From: Octopus sinensis
Lineage: Eukaryota
Assembly: GCF_006345805.1 (NCBI RefSeq)
Contig: NC_043000.1
Location: 139,252,001 to 139,316,000, forward strand
DNA: 64,000 nt
Reading direction: 5' to 3'
The number at the start of each line of letters is the position of its first letter. The first letter of the stretch is position 1. The position numbers and the translations under genes are program-made. Positions 1 through 13,100 of this stretch are shown piece by piece. The notes under the pieces are model-generated. The model made no database searches, was not told the DNA's origin, and was given only the letters and a program-made list of their open reading frames with translations.

Positions 1-59
1 TAATAATTATTATTATTATTATTGTTGTTGTTATACTTATCATTATTCAGTGCACTGCA

Positions 60-215
60 CAAAATGCTTGAAGGTATTTTGTCTGTCTCCATATACTGAG
101 TTCATATTCTACTGAGGTCGACTTTGCCTTTTATCCTTTAGGGCTTGATAAATTAAGCACCAGTGAAACACTGGGGTTGATGTAATCAACTAGTCTCATC
201 CCCCCAAATTTCAGA
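60..215 (+). mobile_element. Partial, degenerate tRNA-derived SINE (family B)
   Basis: Matches the body of the 21973-22202 copy (gaggtcgactttgccttt...accag...ctggggttgatgtaatc). Confidence 0.65.
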
Positions 216-239
216 CCTTGTGCCTTTACTAGATAGGAG

Positions 240-415
240 TATTATTATTGTTGTTGCTGTTGTTGCCATCATTATCATCATCATTGTCGTCTTCATCATC
301 ATTATCATGATTATTATTATTATTATTATTATTATCATTATTATCATCATCATTATTATCATCATCATCATCATTATTATTTTTATTATCATCATCATTA
401 TTATTATTTTAACTA
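240..415. repeat. (ATT/ATC)n compound microsatellite
   Basis: Visible directly; explains the poly-Ile/Met ORFs at 186-507. Confidence 0.95.
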
Positions 416-439
416 CTACACAAAAGCTATTATATTTCA

Positions 440-730
440 GTATTTTCCCCTGTGGTTTGTTGACAACTCTCTTCAAATCTCGAAAATCTTTCATAGGATT
501 CTTGTAGAATAAAAGATTGTACTTTTCTGTAGGCTGTCAATGCTTGTCTCAATTTTAGTAATCCTCAGCCTCTTACGTAGCATTTAGATATTGTATCAAA
601 TTACGACAGGAATAGTTTTCACCTTTGTATAACACAATTTCTTCATCTCTTTAGCTAGGTCCTGATATTCCTCAGTTTTCTCAGCTTCCTACATTCTGTT
701 ACAATATAGTATTACAAAGTCAATGACCTG
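440..730 (-). pseudogene. Old R4/Dong-like non-LTR element, RLE C-terminus remnant
   Basis: Minus translation EKTEEYQDLAKEMKKL...KVKTIPVVI...LQKSTIFYSTRIL resembles the KY.DL...IP.V.G...LQK...RILRK end of R4-clade ORFs; contains stops. Confidence 0.6.
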
Positions 731-974
731 CAGTGATTCATTCTGTCCTTCGTGCTCATATAAACACTTGCTTGAATATTATGATCCATCTCTTAGGAGA
801 TATCCACTAAAATCACATAATCATCATTCATAATCACAGCCTCTTATTTGCTTCCATTTCTTGCCGAGTGTCTTCCAGACTCCTAGGGCAGAGAAACTCA
901 TAGTATACATGAGTATACACTAGTTCGTTCATTTTTTTTTTTAAGTTAAATTAAAATACATGGGTAGTAATAGT

Positions 975-1344
975 TCTCACATCGACAATGCTCTTCTCAA
1001 TACGTGTGATGTACCAGTTAAGACAATCTTTTGCACTTCTTGCAGGGATGGTAAGCTAGGGATCATTCTCATTAATTTTCGGTTCCCTTCTTGATCATTC
1101 CTAGTGCTCCTACGATCACTGGTATTGTAACCGCCTTGAGATGCCACATTTTCTCAATTTCAATGAGCAGATCTTTATATTTTCTGAGCTTGTCAAACTC
1201 TTTTGCCGAGATATTATGATCACAGGGGATGCTCATGTCGATCAATAAGCAATCTTTATTGTTTTAGTCTTTCACAACAATATCTGGTTTATTGGCTTTG
1301 ATGGTTCTGTCTGTATGTACTGGAAAGTCCCACATAATCGTTAC
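975..1344 (-). pseudogene. 5'-truncated R4/Dong-like non-LTR element (restriction-like endonuclease domain)
   Basis: Minus translation WDFPVHTDRTIKANKPDIVVKD*...CLLIDMSIPCDHNISAKEFDKLRKYKDL...IPVIVGALG...VLRRAL; PD..D RLE motif. Confidence 0.85.
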
Positions 1345-1449
1345 ATTTTATTATTATTATTATTCAGTAGTTTTATTTTTATCACATGCTTTCACTGCAC
1401 TACCGAGCACAGTTATGTGTACCTTGGGTATGTGCTCTTGTTTGTATCT

Positions 1450-3044
1450 TAGACCATGGGCTCTCAGTTGGAGTTATCCATTTCGCGTAATCCACTTTTT
1501 CAATGATTCCGTTTTTTCCAATCTGTCCGACTCATTGTCTACTTACTTTATTGCCACAAAATGCACTTTCTTTTTAGGCTTAAACACAGGTGTAACATTA
1601 TCCATTAATTCAAAACTTGCTTCAGCTTTTGTGCTTAGATCTTGTTTGTTCAAGAGTGCTGGTAGAAACATTTTAAAAAAGTTGCTTTTAAAGTCCTCAG
1701 ATGAACTATTTTTAGAGGGACACCATTTATAATAGAGATTTATGGAGAGGTCCCATAAATAGAATAATTCTAGCCAATCAGTACCAAACAGATCGGTTGC
1801 ATTTCTAATGACGAATATTTTTGCCTTGCATGTTTTCCCTCGAAATGTGACGTTAGTCCACATTTCGCCTATGAAACGTAATTTGTTGCCCATCATGCTA
1901 CGAACAGATTTCGCTGTTTTTCTCAACACAGGCTTCCCTATTTTCTTTCACATGTCCACATTTGTTATTGAAATATCACTTCCAGTATCTAATTAAAGTT
2001 TAGTATATATTCCATTTACTTTTATGAGTACGAATTTCCTTATTTGGGAGTCAATATTTGTGTTCTGTTGAGAGCACTTTAGGATTTTTAACATTTGACC
2101 TTCATAATTTTGTTTTGCAGTGTGAACTATTGTGTACAATCCTTTTGGCAACTGTAACGTTTTTGATTTTTTAATGGACATTCTTTTCTTAAATGTATGC
2201 CCTTTCATCCATAACATGGAATAGGGCGCGACACTCTCTTTTGGTTGTACTTTTCCTGTCGGCATATCTGTATTTTTGAGAAATTCTTTTCTTGAATTTT
2301 TTCTACATCGTTATTTCAGGTTTACCATCCTTTGACATTCTTCTGTCATGAACTGTAAGGTTAGATCTTGGTTCACTTGTTTCAATTTAGAAAGAACTCG
2401 TGCTCGAATTTCTGTATCTTCGCTTGCTATAAGGCCTTGTACGAAAACAAGACATTTGAACATCTCAGGTGTAAGTTCTTTGAGTTTAAAATTTTCATAT
2501 ATCCTGTTGACTGTTCTTGCGTATGTGATAAAATCATCATTCTCTTTTTTCGTTATATTCCAACAATCCATCCAAGTATTAAATAGAGAAATAATTCTAT
2601 AGTTTCTTTAAAATAAATCTCATTGGGTTTTTTCGGCAATATGAAATTACAATAACGTTCATGCTCTAACGGAGATAATTTCCACAATAACAATCTCATT
2701 TTTGTTCGTCCGACCATAATTGGCAATCTTGCTTAAAAATCTCCGCGTACCATCTGTAGTACGGTGCAAAAGTTATACCCTCCTCTGGGTTATAACTGAA
2801 TTCATTAATCGAGTTCGAAACGCCGGCTGGCCGAACGAACTTACCTCATTTTTGAACTTTTTTGAATATAGCTCCAAGACTTGTTGTTGTTGTAATAGTT
2901 GCTTCTGCCACTCCTGTTGCTGCTCTTGTTGTTGCTTTTGCAAATGTACTATGGAAGCTAATAGGTCATCCATTATTTAAAAAGTTGTATCACGAACAAA
3001 TTGTTAAATAACCTACGTGAGCTTCAAAAATCCTCGTCGCAAGA
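1450..3044 (-). mobile_element. Decayed Ty3/Gypsy internal fragment (gag, protease, start of RT)
   Basis: Gag-like ORFs 2773-2973 and 2311-2571, protease LDTGS at ~1975-1990, RT start FKPKKKV...RLEKNGIIEKVDYAKWITP. Degenerate PBS (ttgcgacgaggat on minus) at ~3030-3044. Confidence 0.85.
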
Positions 3045-3330
3045 TGTTGTAATATAATTTGTTACGTCCAATAAATATCATAACCAGACAGCAGTAAAAA
3101 CAATGTAACGAACTAACAAATCTCTTTACGTAACAACAATCAATATTTCTTGTGAACTAAGCAACCGACACCTTCCGACTTCACCGTGAACTAAGACGAA
3201 CTTCACTCGTCACTGAGCTCTGAACTTTTTCAGATTGTTACTGTTTATACTTTACTCAGACCAGTCTATCTCTCGCAAATGAGGCGTCGTAACTCTCACC
3301 ACAACAAAAATAACGTTCCTTTCAACAACC
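3045..3330 (-). mobile_element. 5' LTR of the Gypsy fragment
   Basis: On minus it ends ...ATTACAACA next to the PBS. TGTTG start candidates lie at ~3305 or ~3330, so the outer boundary is uncertain. Confidence 0.6.
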
Positions 3331-4060
3331 TATGGAAGATAATACAATATACTTTCTCTTTGTTTCCAATTGTTGGCATCACCTTGCATAATTTATTTAA
3401 CTTTTCACTTGCATTGATCAAAGTTTTGGAACATTTATTGCATTCATATATATATATATATATATCAAATAAACTTTAATTTCTTTTACATATTTTATAC
3501 GTTATCTCAGCAACCAAATTTAGTTATTTGAAAGACGCTGCTTTACAACGACCAGGTTTCATTATAAAGTGAAAATAGTTTCACACTTTCAATTTGAACC
3601 AAATTTACTGTGATGCATTAATGAGAGTGACGATGTGCGAATAATGAAAGTAATGTTTCCCTGAATTAGTCACATCTGTACTATAATAAAGCTGCTTATC
3701 ATCTGTCTATATATATATATAAAGGCTACCAAATAAACCGCGTTTTGGCATAATAACTCATTGTACTACTAAAATAATCTCGGAAACGAGGTCCGGTCGC
3801 ACAGTTTTGCGGCCATTTTCAGGCAATATTTCGATTTGTTCCTAATGTTTCACTTTCGTCTGATGTTTCACACGAGCGTAGAATTCTACTCAGACAAACA
3901 ATTATGAAAATGTACACATAAATATTGTATTAAAATAAGTCGCAACCATTTTATAGCAGCTGTCGTTGGCTGTTCAAGTGAGTGGTATTAAATGGAAATT
4001 AATATGAATCACCATAAGACATTTTTGTGTATAAATATATTTGTTTATTCTCTGTTCACC

Positions 4061-4252
4061 TTTTGTGGTGGAAGCATGTAGTATGATACAAAAACATGTA
4101 TGTTTACATACAAAGAAAGTATTATTTTTGCTTTTGCACTGAACGAACTAACATACGATATTTGTATTTTTTGTGGTGGAAGCATGTAGCATGATACAAA
4201 AACATGCGTGTTTATATACAAAGAAAGTTTTGATTTTTGCTTTTGCACTGAA
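4061..4252. repeat. Two-copy ~109-bp tandem duplication
   Basis: ttttgtggtggaagcatgtag...gcttttgcactgaa occurs at ~4061 and ~4170. Confidence 0.85.
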
Positions 4253-6123
4253 TGAAATAACACATAATATTTGTATTATAGTATGTATGCATGTGTGTAA
4301 TGAGAATAGTCATTTTGAGAATGTGTGTGTGATAAAATATCTTCGTTTACGAACTATATATCCTGTATCGAGGTGAATAGACATGTGAATTGTAACTGGG
4401 AGATTGCACGTGGAGCAGCAGAGAAGACATGTGTCTTTGACCGAAACCTGGAAGGAACTGTGAGTTTTCTACAGTGTAGCTTAGAACGAGGCTAGTGTAT
4501 CAAATATATCGATGCCTCATCGATATATATTCGTCTGATGGGCAGGTCAACTCACATATTGTTATGTAATATGTAGCTCTACTACAATTTTCATTAAAAG
4601 ACATCCATTTCTGTACATATGTGGAATTGGAGTCACGCACTCCATCTCTCACATGTACACGCAAACACACATAATACAAAAAACATGTATGTATATGTAT
4701 TTATGTATGTGTATATGAAAGATAATGTTTGTGTGTATGAGAGAGAGAGAGTGAGTGTACTTACACATACATGCAAAAAATACATACATAACAACACATG
4801 CCTTCACTCACTCACTCACTCTTTCTCACATGCGCGTGCACACACACACACACGCCCATTTCATATACATGTACATGCATCTTTCACTTTCTCCTCTCTT
4901 TCAATTTCTGCACTCGATTCAAAGTAAATGTCACCTTTTCACTTTCTCCTCTCTTTCAATTTACATTCTCTTCAAAGCATAAAGAAAAAAATACATAAAT
5001 TAACGAACACTCATATGATCCCATATGAGTCAAAACCAAATGAATTTTATGAAAAGAGTATAAAAATAACTTAGGGGAAGATGAGATGTCATTGAAAAGA
5101 ATGGTGACTGTGTTGATTATATAAATCTATTTAAGGCTGCATTTTCGTTTTTATTTCAATTGTAAAAATGGACAACTTTTATTACAACCTGATAAAAACA
5201 CACAGAGAAACATACGTGGATGGAAATTACTCTCTCTGTTTCTGACAGGGCATTCTAGCATCCAGTGACAACACAGTTCTTCAAACTTTTAAATCATTTT
5301 CTTTCTTCTATTTGAAGAAGAAGAATCTTTCTGAAATATCATAGGCTGATTAATAACTTATATAAAGTAATGCAATATCTTGTTTCTTTGTTTTCATTTA
5401 ATGACATTGCTTTAAATATTTTGCCTAACTTTTCACCTGCTTTGCTAAAAGGCTTTTTTCAAACATTTGTATAATTTATAAACATCGCCAAGATTCAAGC
5501 AAATTACAACATTTTAAAATATATATGCACATTATTAGTTACATCTATAAATACAAGTGGGTGTGTTTTCGTGTGTACAGACTCACAGATGGCTAAGAAA
5601 ATTTATATAAAATCATGAAATCCAACATTTTATTTCACAGTATGAGCAAGTGTTTTATCATTGCTCTAGATCAACCCCAGGATTTTCAGGGAAAATGGAT
5701 TAGCTGGACACCATGTGAAGTGTATTCATTATGGAAAAAGCCAGCCACACTGGTCTCTTAAGGATTATATTCAGTGTAAAAGTTTGTGTGTGTAATACTC
5801 AGATGTGTCTGAGTTGATAAATTTTCAATTAAATGATAAGAAAACTAGTCAGCCAAACTGACATACACTGATTCAGGAATTCAATTTGCTTATGGAATCC
5901 AAACCCAGGACCAAATTTTTTACTAACAAGGTTTTATTCTTTTATTTTTATCTATTTTTGCTCTTTAAGAAGAAATCTAACTTCAGGTTTTTTTTTATAG
6001 ATCACTTTTTATGCCCTGTTTTCTGAACCTGAGAAAAATAAGTAGGGGTGCAAACTTTGATTTTGCACACCTCAAAAATTTTAGATGGCACAGTTAAATC
6101 CCCACTCCCACCCTCCTCTGCAC

Positions 6124-6269
6124 CCCTGTTCCCAGGCCCCTGCTGACATATGTTCCCTTTACTTTTAGTTTCCCCTGCTCCCAGCCCCTGCTGACATATG
6201 TTCCCTTTACTTTTAGTTTCCCCTGTTCCCAGGCCCCTGCTGACATATGTTCCCTTTACTTTTAGTTTC
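6124..6269. repeat. ~49-bp minisatellite, 3 copies
   Basis: ccctgttcccaggcccctgctgacatatgttccctttacttttagtttc x3. Confidence 0.9.
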
Positions 6270-6519
6270 CAGTTTAGATTTAGGTTATTCTTCACTCTTT
6301 TACTTGTTCCAGTCATTTGACTGTGGCCATGCTGGACCACCGCCTTTAGTTAAGCAAATCAACCCCAGGAATTATTTAAAAAAAAAACGCCTAGTACTTT
6401 TTCTGTCAGTCTCTTTTGCTGAACCACTATGTTTGAATGGATTCAAGCACATCAACACCGGTTGTCAAGCAGTGGTAGGGTACAAACACAAATGCAAAGA
6501 TACACATAACATAGATAGG

Positions 6520-6549
<30 letters not shown>

Positions 6550-6559
<10 letters not shown>

Positions 6560-6835
6560 GCTAATCCAAACATGAACAAAGAGAAAACACAACAACTTGA
6601 GGGCGTGGAACAAGTATAGTGTTATTGGACACTCAGGAAAGGAAAGAAAGAAGGAGGATTTAATGTTTCAAGTGGAGCTCATCGTCAGAAACATAGGAAA
6701 AGGAAAGGTCCAAGGAAAGGAAAACAGAGAAAGAAAATCGCTAACGATACACATGCTGTCACATATTGAAATGACCGGAAGGGAATGGGTGAAGAAAAGT
6801 TCTTTCAAAGATAGGAGAGTGCAAGAGAAGGAGGT
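6550..6835 (-). mobile_element. PLE-type terminal fragment nested in the SINE-A microsatellite
   Basis: Foreign ~285-bp block between (CA)/(TA) runs that contains a minimal hammerhead-like motif. Confidence 0.55.
6659..6691 (-). ncRNA. Minimal type-I hammerhead ribozyme-like motif (one CpG-type mutation)
   Basis: Minus: TTT CTGACGA T GAG CTCCA CTT GAAAC AT T AAA; AT where GT is expected. Confidence 0.55.
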
Positions 6836-7424
6836 ATGTATGTGTATGTATATATATATATATATATGTATATATGACAGGCTTCTTTCAGTTTCCATCT
6901 ATTAAACCCACTCACAAGGTTTTGATTGGCCTGTGACTAAAAACAGAAGACACTTGCACAAGGTGCCATGCAGTGGGACTGAACCCGAAACCATGTGGTT
7001 GAGAAGCAAGCTTCTTACCACACAGCCACACCTGCACCTATCCTTTGTTTAAGATGTTAATATACAATTTAGCTGAGATTTGTTTGCCATATCAAGATGA
7101 GCTTGTGTCAACGAAATAAACTGTAATATGTGAAGTAACCTAAAGTGGAATATAGTCTGTTTTAATGATGCATATTTCTATTTAAGAAAAAGCATGAATA
7201 AACCAGGTAATAGTAATAATGGAAGAAAAATAAACAATAAAGTGTTATAAATAAGAAGAGGTTCTATGAAGTACCTGAACAAGAAAATGAAGGTGTACCT
7301 CAAAGATAACAATTAGCAGGTACTCTCTCATTGACACAATTTTTATGGAATCTGCAAAATTTTGTTAAATATAAGAATCAAGTAATTTATATTTTTTTAT
7401 GCAATGGCAACAACATCAGCAACA

Positions 7425-7472
7425 TGAGGATGATGATGAGGATAATGATGATATTTATGATATTGATGATGG

Positions 7473-7521
<49 letters not shown>

Positions 7522-7575
7522 GGTGGTGGTGGTGGTGGTGGTGGTGGTGGTGGTGATGATGGTGATGGTGATGAT
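7425..7575. repeat. (GAT)n-(GGT)n microsatellite
   Basis: Visible directly; explains the poly-His and poly-Met/Val ORFs. Confidence 0.95.
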
Positions 7576-7775
7576 TAGCAGTTTTCATTTTGACCAATTT
7601 TACAGGAATTTAAATTCCGTATGTCTATCACCAAGCAACAAGCTTTTTGTGAGAAACCCAGAAAGAGTGAATGTCACATGTTAAATTTTCTCTTCCTATC
7701 ATCTTCTACATTTGTACAAAACTTTAAATTTTACTGTTTATATGTATATGTTCATTGTAAACAATATCATATATG

Positions 7776-7875
<100 letters not shown>

Positions 7876-7899
7876 AGATAGATATAGATATATATATAT

Positions 7900-7930
<31 letters not shown>

Positions 7931-8461
7931 TACATATATATATATACATACATATATACAAATTTTATCTGGTTTTATGGAAGTGTCTACATATATGTAC
8001 GTTTGTAGGCATATGATAAAAGTGTTTAAGGATATCAAAAGGAAGTTTCTTAAAAAAACATGCAGATAAAGAAGGATAACAAGTGTCAAGCCTTAAAAAT
8101 TGTGTATACACATATTTACCTGTACAAGTATTCATGTATGAAGCATATAAAGAGAAGAGAAAATTTATTATAAAATTCATAGAAGACAGACTGAGAGCAT
8201 TATTCAAATATTTATAGAGAAAAAAAATTTTATTAATGGAAGAATCATTGAAATATTTAAGAAATAGAAAGAATTTACGTTTCTCAATTTTCAAAAAATA
8301 AAGAAAAAAGAAAAATGGCTGCTTATGCTCTCATACAAGAGCATATATTGATGGATACATTTACTGGAGAATGTACACGCACACACACACATATGCAAAT
8401 ATATATAATAGATATGTATGTGTGTTTTTGTATGCATGTATATGTGTGTGTGAGTATGTGC

Positions 8462-8502
<41 letters not shown>

Positions 8503-8550
8503 TACACATATACATACAAACAAACATCTATGCATATATATGTATGAATA

Positions 8551-8586
<36 letters not shown>

Positions 8587-8688
8587 TATATATATATATA
8601 TGTTATATATATATATATATTATATATATATATATATATATGTATATCTATCTATCTGTCTATCTATCTAAGTATATATATGTATATA

Positions 8689-8744
<56 letters not shown>

Positions 8745-9566
8745 AATATATATATATCTATACATATATATATATTATATATACATAGAGAGAGAGAGAA
8801 AAATAAATAAATAAATATAGATAGATAGATAGATAGATAGATAAATAGATAGAGAAATAGACAGATTCTTAACCAATACATGAGCACCTATTTTTTAGAC
8901 AGCTATGCGCACACTCACACCCGCATATATATATATATAATATATATATATGCTTGAGAAAGAGAGAGAGTGTTTGTGTGTGTATGTGTGAGCTTGTACA
9001 CATACACACACACACACACATATTTCTAAGTGCATATATTCATATACTATTATGTGCATACTATATCGTTCACATAAACACAGTAGATACAGGGTACAAG
9101 GTAAAATTGTTTGGTTTGGAAGCCAAGCCACTTAGCCTATGTGATTTGTCAAGAGGTATGAACTCAGTGACACCTGGTGGCACACCAAAACATTAAGTGG
9201 AATTAATAAAAGCTAAGTTCTCCTCCTTGATTCCACTATTTGACAAGCAAACCACTGTAAATTAATTAATAGCCTGTCTTTCAGGCTGCCGAAAACTTGG
9301 CACTTGTTCCAGTTGACTGTTTTGACTTTATTTCTATATTGTCTCATGCTTTCTTCTGATTAATTTTTTTCTTTCTTTTCTTTTTTTTTTTGTACAAATA
9401 TCTTTGCATCCGTCAATCTGTCTAACAATATGTATCTGTGTATGTATGTATGCATGTATGTATGTATGTGTGTCTACACCCATCTATTTAGTTATATATG
9501 TATATATATATATTTACACATGCATACGTATATATATATATATATATACATTTATACATATATATC

Positions 9567-9598
<32 letters not shown>

Positions 9599-9623
9599 CA
9601 TATATATATACATATATATATAT

Positions 9624-9658
<35 letters not shown>

Positions 9659-10399
9659 CATGCATATATATATATATATACATACATATATATATGGACA
9701 CATACAATTTTAGTTTATTGTTATCTCTTCCTTCTCTTAATGTTTCCTCCTAGTTTCTTTTTAAACAACTTTTTTCTTTTTTCATTCTCTTCCTTTCATC
9801 CTTTCATGCCTATTTATTTCCTTCCATCTCCTTATTCTTCTAGTTCTTCATTCCATACTTAAATTCATATCATTTTATCTATTGTTCCTTGTTTCCTTTA
9901 ATTACTTTATTCCACTTTCCTTTCTCTCCCAACTCTCCGTTTCTTTTATTGTTGTACCATTCAATCTCTTTAGACAAATTTTTGTACTTTCCCCATCTTC
10001 TAATTTTTTTGTTTTTTGCACTTCTGATATATCCATTTTCTTCACCTTTCCTTCATTTACATTTTCTCTCCGTACAATAAAAATAATTTATATTTTACCC
10101 CTCTGTTTTAGACATTGACCATGCTGGGGTACCACACTTATTTCAAGGACTTTTGTAAATTATTCTCAAAATTGCATGGAACAATGACAAGATGTTATTG
10201 GGTTTGGATTTTGCTAAGAGTAATGAGTGGACAGGAAAAGACAAAGAAAGTTTGCCTACACGTACAGCCCCTATAAAAACGTCAGTGAACAAAGTCAGCC
10301 AACACTTCAATACAAATAAAAACAATGTAAAGCTATGAATGTCCTATACTAAGTTTCTACAGAGATCACACTATTGGCTGAAGACTTAAAAAATGATCC

Positions 10400-10720
10400 T
10401 TGCTTCACCTATTTGGTCATTACAATATGTGAAGAGAGAAGTGGTGGCAACAGAGGTCAACACTGGAATTAGAAAAGCTGTGACAGAATTTGGTAGACTT
10501 GCCAACATTGTGAAACTAAAGAAAAAAAAATGAATGGAAAATCAATAAAACTAAAATTGCTGTCTACAGTTCAATATGCCTGTCCATTCTTTTTTTTGAT
10601 GGTAAAATATGGCAACTATTAGAACATCACTGAAGGCATTCCATCAAATGTCTGTGCAGTAACCTGCATTTAATATGTAGGAATTGAATCATCTTTGTTG
10701 AAATATGCAGAAGAACAGAT
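10400..10720 (+). pseudogene. Old RTE-clade LINE fragment (RT C-terminal region)
   Basis: FTYLV...EVNTGIRKAVTEFGRL resembles the FTYLGS...EV..RI.KA...FGRL region of RTE elements; heavily decayed. Confidence 0.45.
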
Positions 10721-11034
10721 CAGAAGAAACTTATGATATTGCTTAGAACAGGAAGATTTAAAATGCATCTGAAAGCTCAAGTCTTATATTAAACAGATGG
10801 CAGTACAGAGAAACAGACAAGGTTGACATGAATAAACTCATGAGTGTCATAAACATGAGACAGATCAAGACCAGATCTAAGGTAAGGTCACTTATCAAAT
10901 GGCTAAGACCACCTTTAGTGCAACAAGACAAAATTGAATATGGTACTTTTGTTTAATGCATTTATTTACACTGATATTCAAGCATACATACACACATGTA
11001 CACACGTATGTTATAGATTTATGATCAGCACAAG

Positions 11035-11180
11035 TAGGGCTGTGTGGTTAGAGGTTTTGCTTCCTGTGGGTTTAGTTCTGGGTTCAGTCTCACTGTGTGA
11101 CACCTTGGGCAAATGTCTTCGATAACTCTGGGCCAACTAAAGCCTTGTGAGTGGATTTGGTAGATGGAAACTGAAAGAAG
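11035..11180 (+). mobile_element. SINE family A, 5' half
   Basis: gtgtggttaga...gacaccttgggcaaatgtctt...gagtggatttggtagatggaaactgaaagaagcc, followed by (ATCT)n. Confidence 0.8.
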
Positions 11181-11241
11181 CCATATCTATCTATCAATCT
11201 ATTTATCTATTTATTTATCTATCTATCTATCTATCTATCTA

Positions 11242-11272
<31 letters not shown>

Positions 11273-11344
11273 ATCTATTTATCTATCTAACTATCTACCT
11301 ATCTATTTATCTATTTATCTATTTATTCCTCTCTCTCACTACAT

Positions 11345-11585
11345 ATAGGTGTATGGCCTAGTGATTAGGCTATTGCACTCACAATTACTAAATCATGGTT
11401 TCGATTCTTTGAATGGGCAGCATGTTGTGTTCTTGAGCAAACACTTAATTTTGCATTGCTCCAATACTCCTTTGATCAGGGGAGAATGTTGGCCTGCTCA
11501 CCTAGCCAGTGAGGAAGTATCATTTGACGGCTAAAACAATGCAAAAGTGCATAGCAATGTGTAACAAAATCTGATAGCCTGGTCA
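11345..11585 (+). mobile_element. Degenerate tRNA-derived SINE (different family)
   Basis: A-box-like tggcctagtgattagg, B-box-like ggtttcgattc, followed by gtgttcttgagcaaacactt. Confidence 0.5.
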
Positions 11586-11639
11586 GCAATAACAATGTTA
11601 ATAACATAGACCAATTTATCCCACCTCTCTAACCTCTCC

Positions 11640-12620
11640 TTAGATAGTATAACCTCCTTTATTCCCGAGAATAATCCCCACAATGTAATACCATGTAACT
11701 TCAGCCCTGGGACTATCTGCCCTCTACAAACTCATTGCAGAAGGTCTAATGTAATTTATAAATGCACCGTCCTCAACACGCTGCACAATTCTACAACCAC
11801 ATATTTAGGGTCAACTATTAATTTTAAACAGCGATATATTGTGCATCTCAATTCTTTTAGATATGAGAAACACAGTAAATCCATAACACTCGACTGTCAC
11901 ATACATCATCTCAAAAATAGAAATATTCCATACATCTTGTTATGGTCCATAATAGATTCAGGGTTTCCATTCCAGGGTCAACACTCAGCCTGTAAGCTAT
12001 GCCTGAAAGAGCCATTCCACATATTAAAATACAACTCTTCAATACTACTAAATAAATATAAGGAGGCCCATGGTACATGCAACCACTGCATTTTTCATAC
12101 CTACGAATTTTACCACAGATCTAAATGCAACCTGATCAACTGCACTGTACATATCCTGAACACCTCTTAGAAGATCTCCATTATGCTCTCAACATTACTA
12201 ACACTATGCTCTCAAAATTTCATTCACACCACAAGACCCCTTTGAATGAACAGCACATGGAATCTACGTCTCCATACCTTCCATTTGTAATGACAAAATA
12301 TGAACTCCTATCGGAATTTATATACGATGGACATAAAGCATTTCTATCGTTTCTTCACACCACTTTCCCTGGATAATGGAACTGCTACTATAACATCCTA
12401 CATATATTCTTTATTTTATTTTTACATTTATATTTTTACTTTCATTTTTATTTTGCTTTTTTATCATTATTTTTATTCTCTTATTACACTTTATACTTTT
12501 CCAAAGTAACTCCGCATATTGAACTCTACTGCTTCCCTCAATTAAACACTTTCACATTGTCTCTGATGAAGGGATATCCCTAATATTCCAGAAACAGCTG
12601 TGAGACTCACTTTCTCCTTA
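11640..12620 (+). mobile_element. Penelope-like element 3' remnant (GIY-YIG endonuclease + 3' region)
   Basis: CPLQTHCRRSNVIYKCTV...TYLGSTINFKQRYIVHLNSFRYEKHSKSITL...W.II...CKLCLKE...LLNK: PLE endonuclease layout. Confidence 0.85.
12559..12606 (+). ncRNA. Minimal type-I hammerhead motif, G at the cleavage position
   Basis: GTCT CTGATGA A GGGATAT CCCTA ATATTCC A GAAAC AGCT GT G AGAC. Confidence 0.65.
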
Positions 12621-12814
12621 TAAATGTCCTGAAAATTCCACACAGCCTTGGCTTTGTTTCTCATTATATTTATACATATGCATCTGTATGGATACATTTG
12701 TATGTACATGTACGAATCTACGTGTGTATGTCTTTTAATTTGTGTTTGTCTTCCACCAGCATTTGACAACTGAAGGGTCTACCCACCATTCATCAATCAT
12801 AAAGGAGAGTTGCT

Positions 12815-13100
12815 CGTACATTATAATCACCCCAGTCACACAGGAAAAGTTTATGGCACTAAATATGGAAGTTCTACCTCACCCTCATTACTCTTCTGAT
12901 GATGCACCATTTGACCATCATCTATTCGGATCACTGCAACATTATTTATGGGGAAAACCGTTAGTTTGTTTGTTGTAAAGAAGATAATTGTGATTGTTTG
13001 CTTTGGTAGTTGATGAATTTTACACCTGAGGGATCAATAATTTACCAACTAGACAGGAGTGTGTTAACAATGAAGGGAAAAATATTGATCAATTATATAA
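12815..13100 (+). pseudogene. Mariner (DD34D) transposase C-terminal remnant
   Basis: EVLPHPHYSSDDAPFDHHLFGSLQHYL matches the mariner motif EVLPHPPYSPDLAPSDYHLF.SL. Confidence 0.75.

Larger units (their letters stand above)
6285..7020 (-). mobile_element. SINE family A (tRNA head, CORE-like ACCTTGGGCAAGT, internal microsatellite), interrupted by a nested insert
   Basis: Both halves match the other copies. May be the published octopus OR2 family; name not verified. Confidence 0.85.

Noticed and set aside
3705-4495. Second Helitron (TCTATATATATAAAG...CTAGT)
   Set aside because: No convincing subterminal hairpin, and the ends could not be tied to one element.
5250-6090. Tc1-like transposon remnant
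   Set aside because: Only one TIR-like string (~6045-6070) and no recognisable transposase motif.
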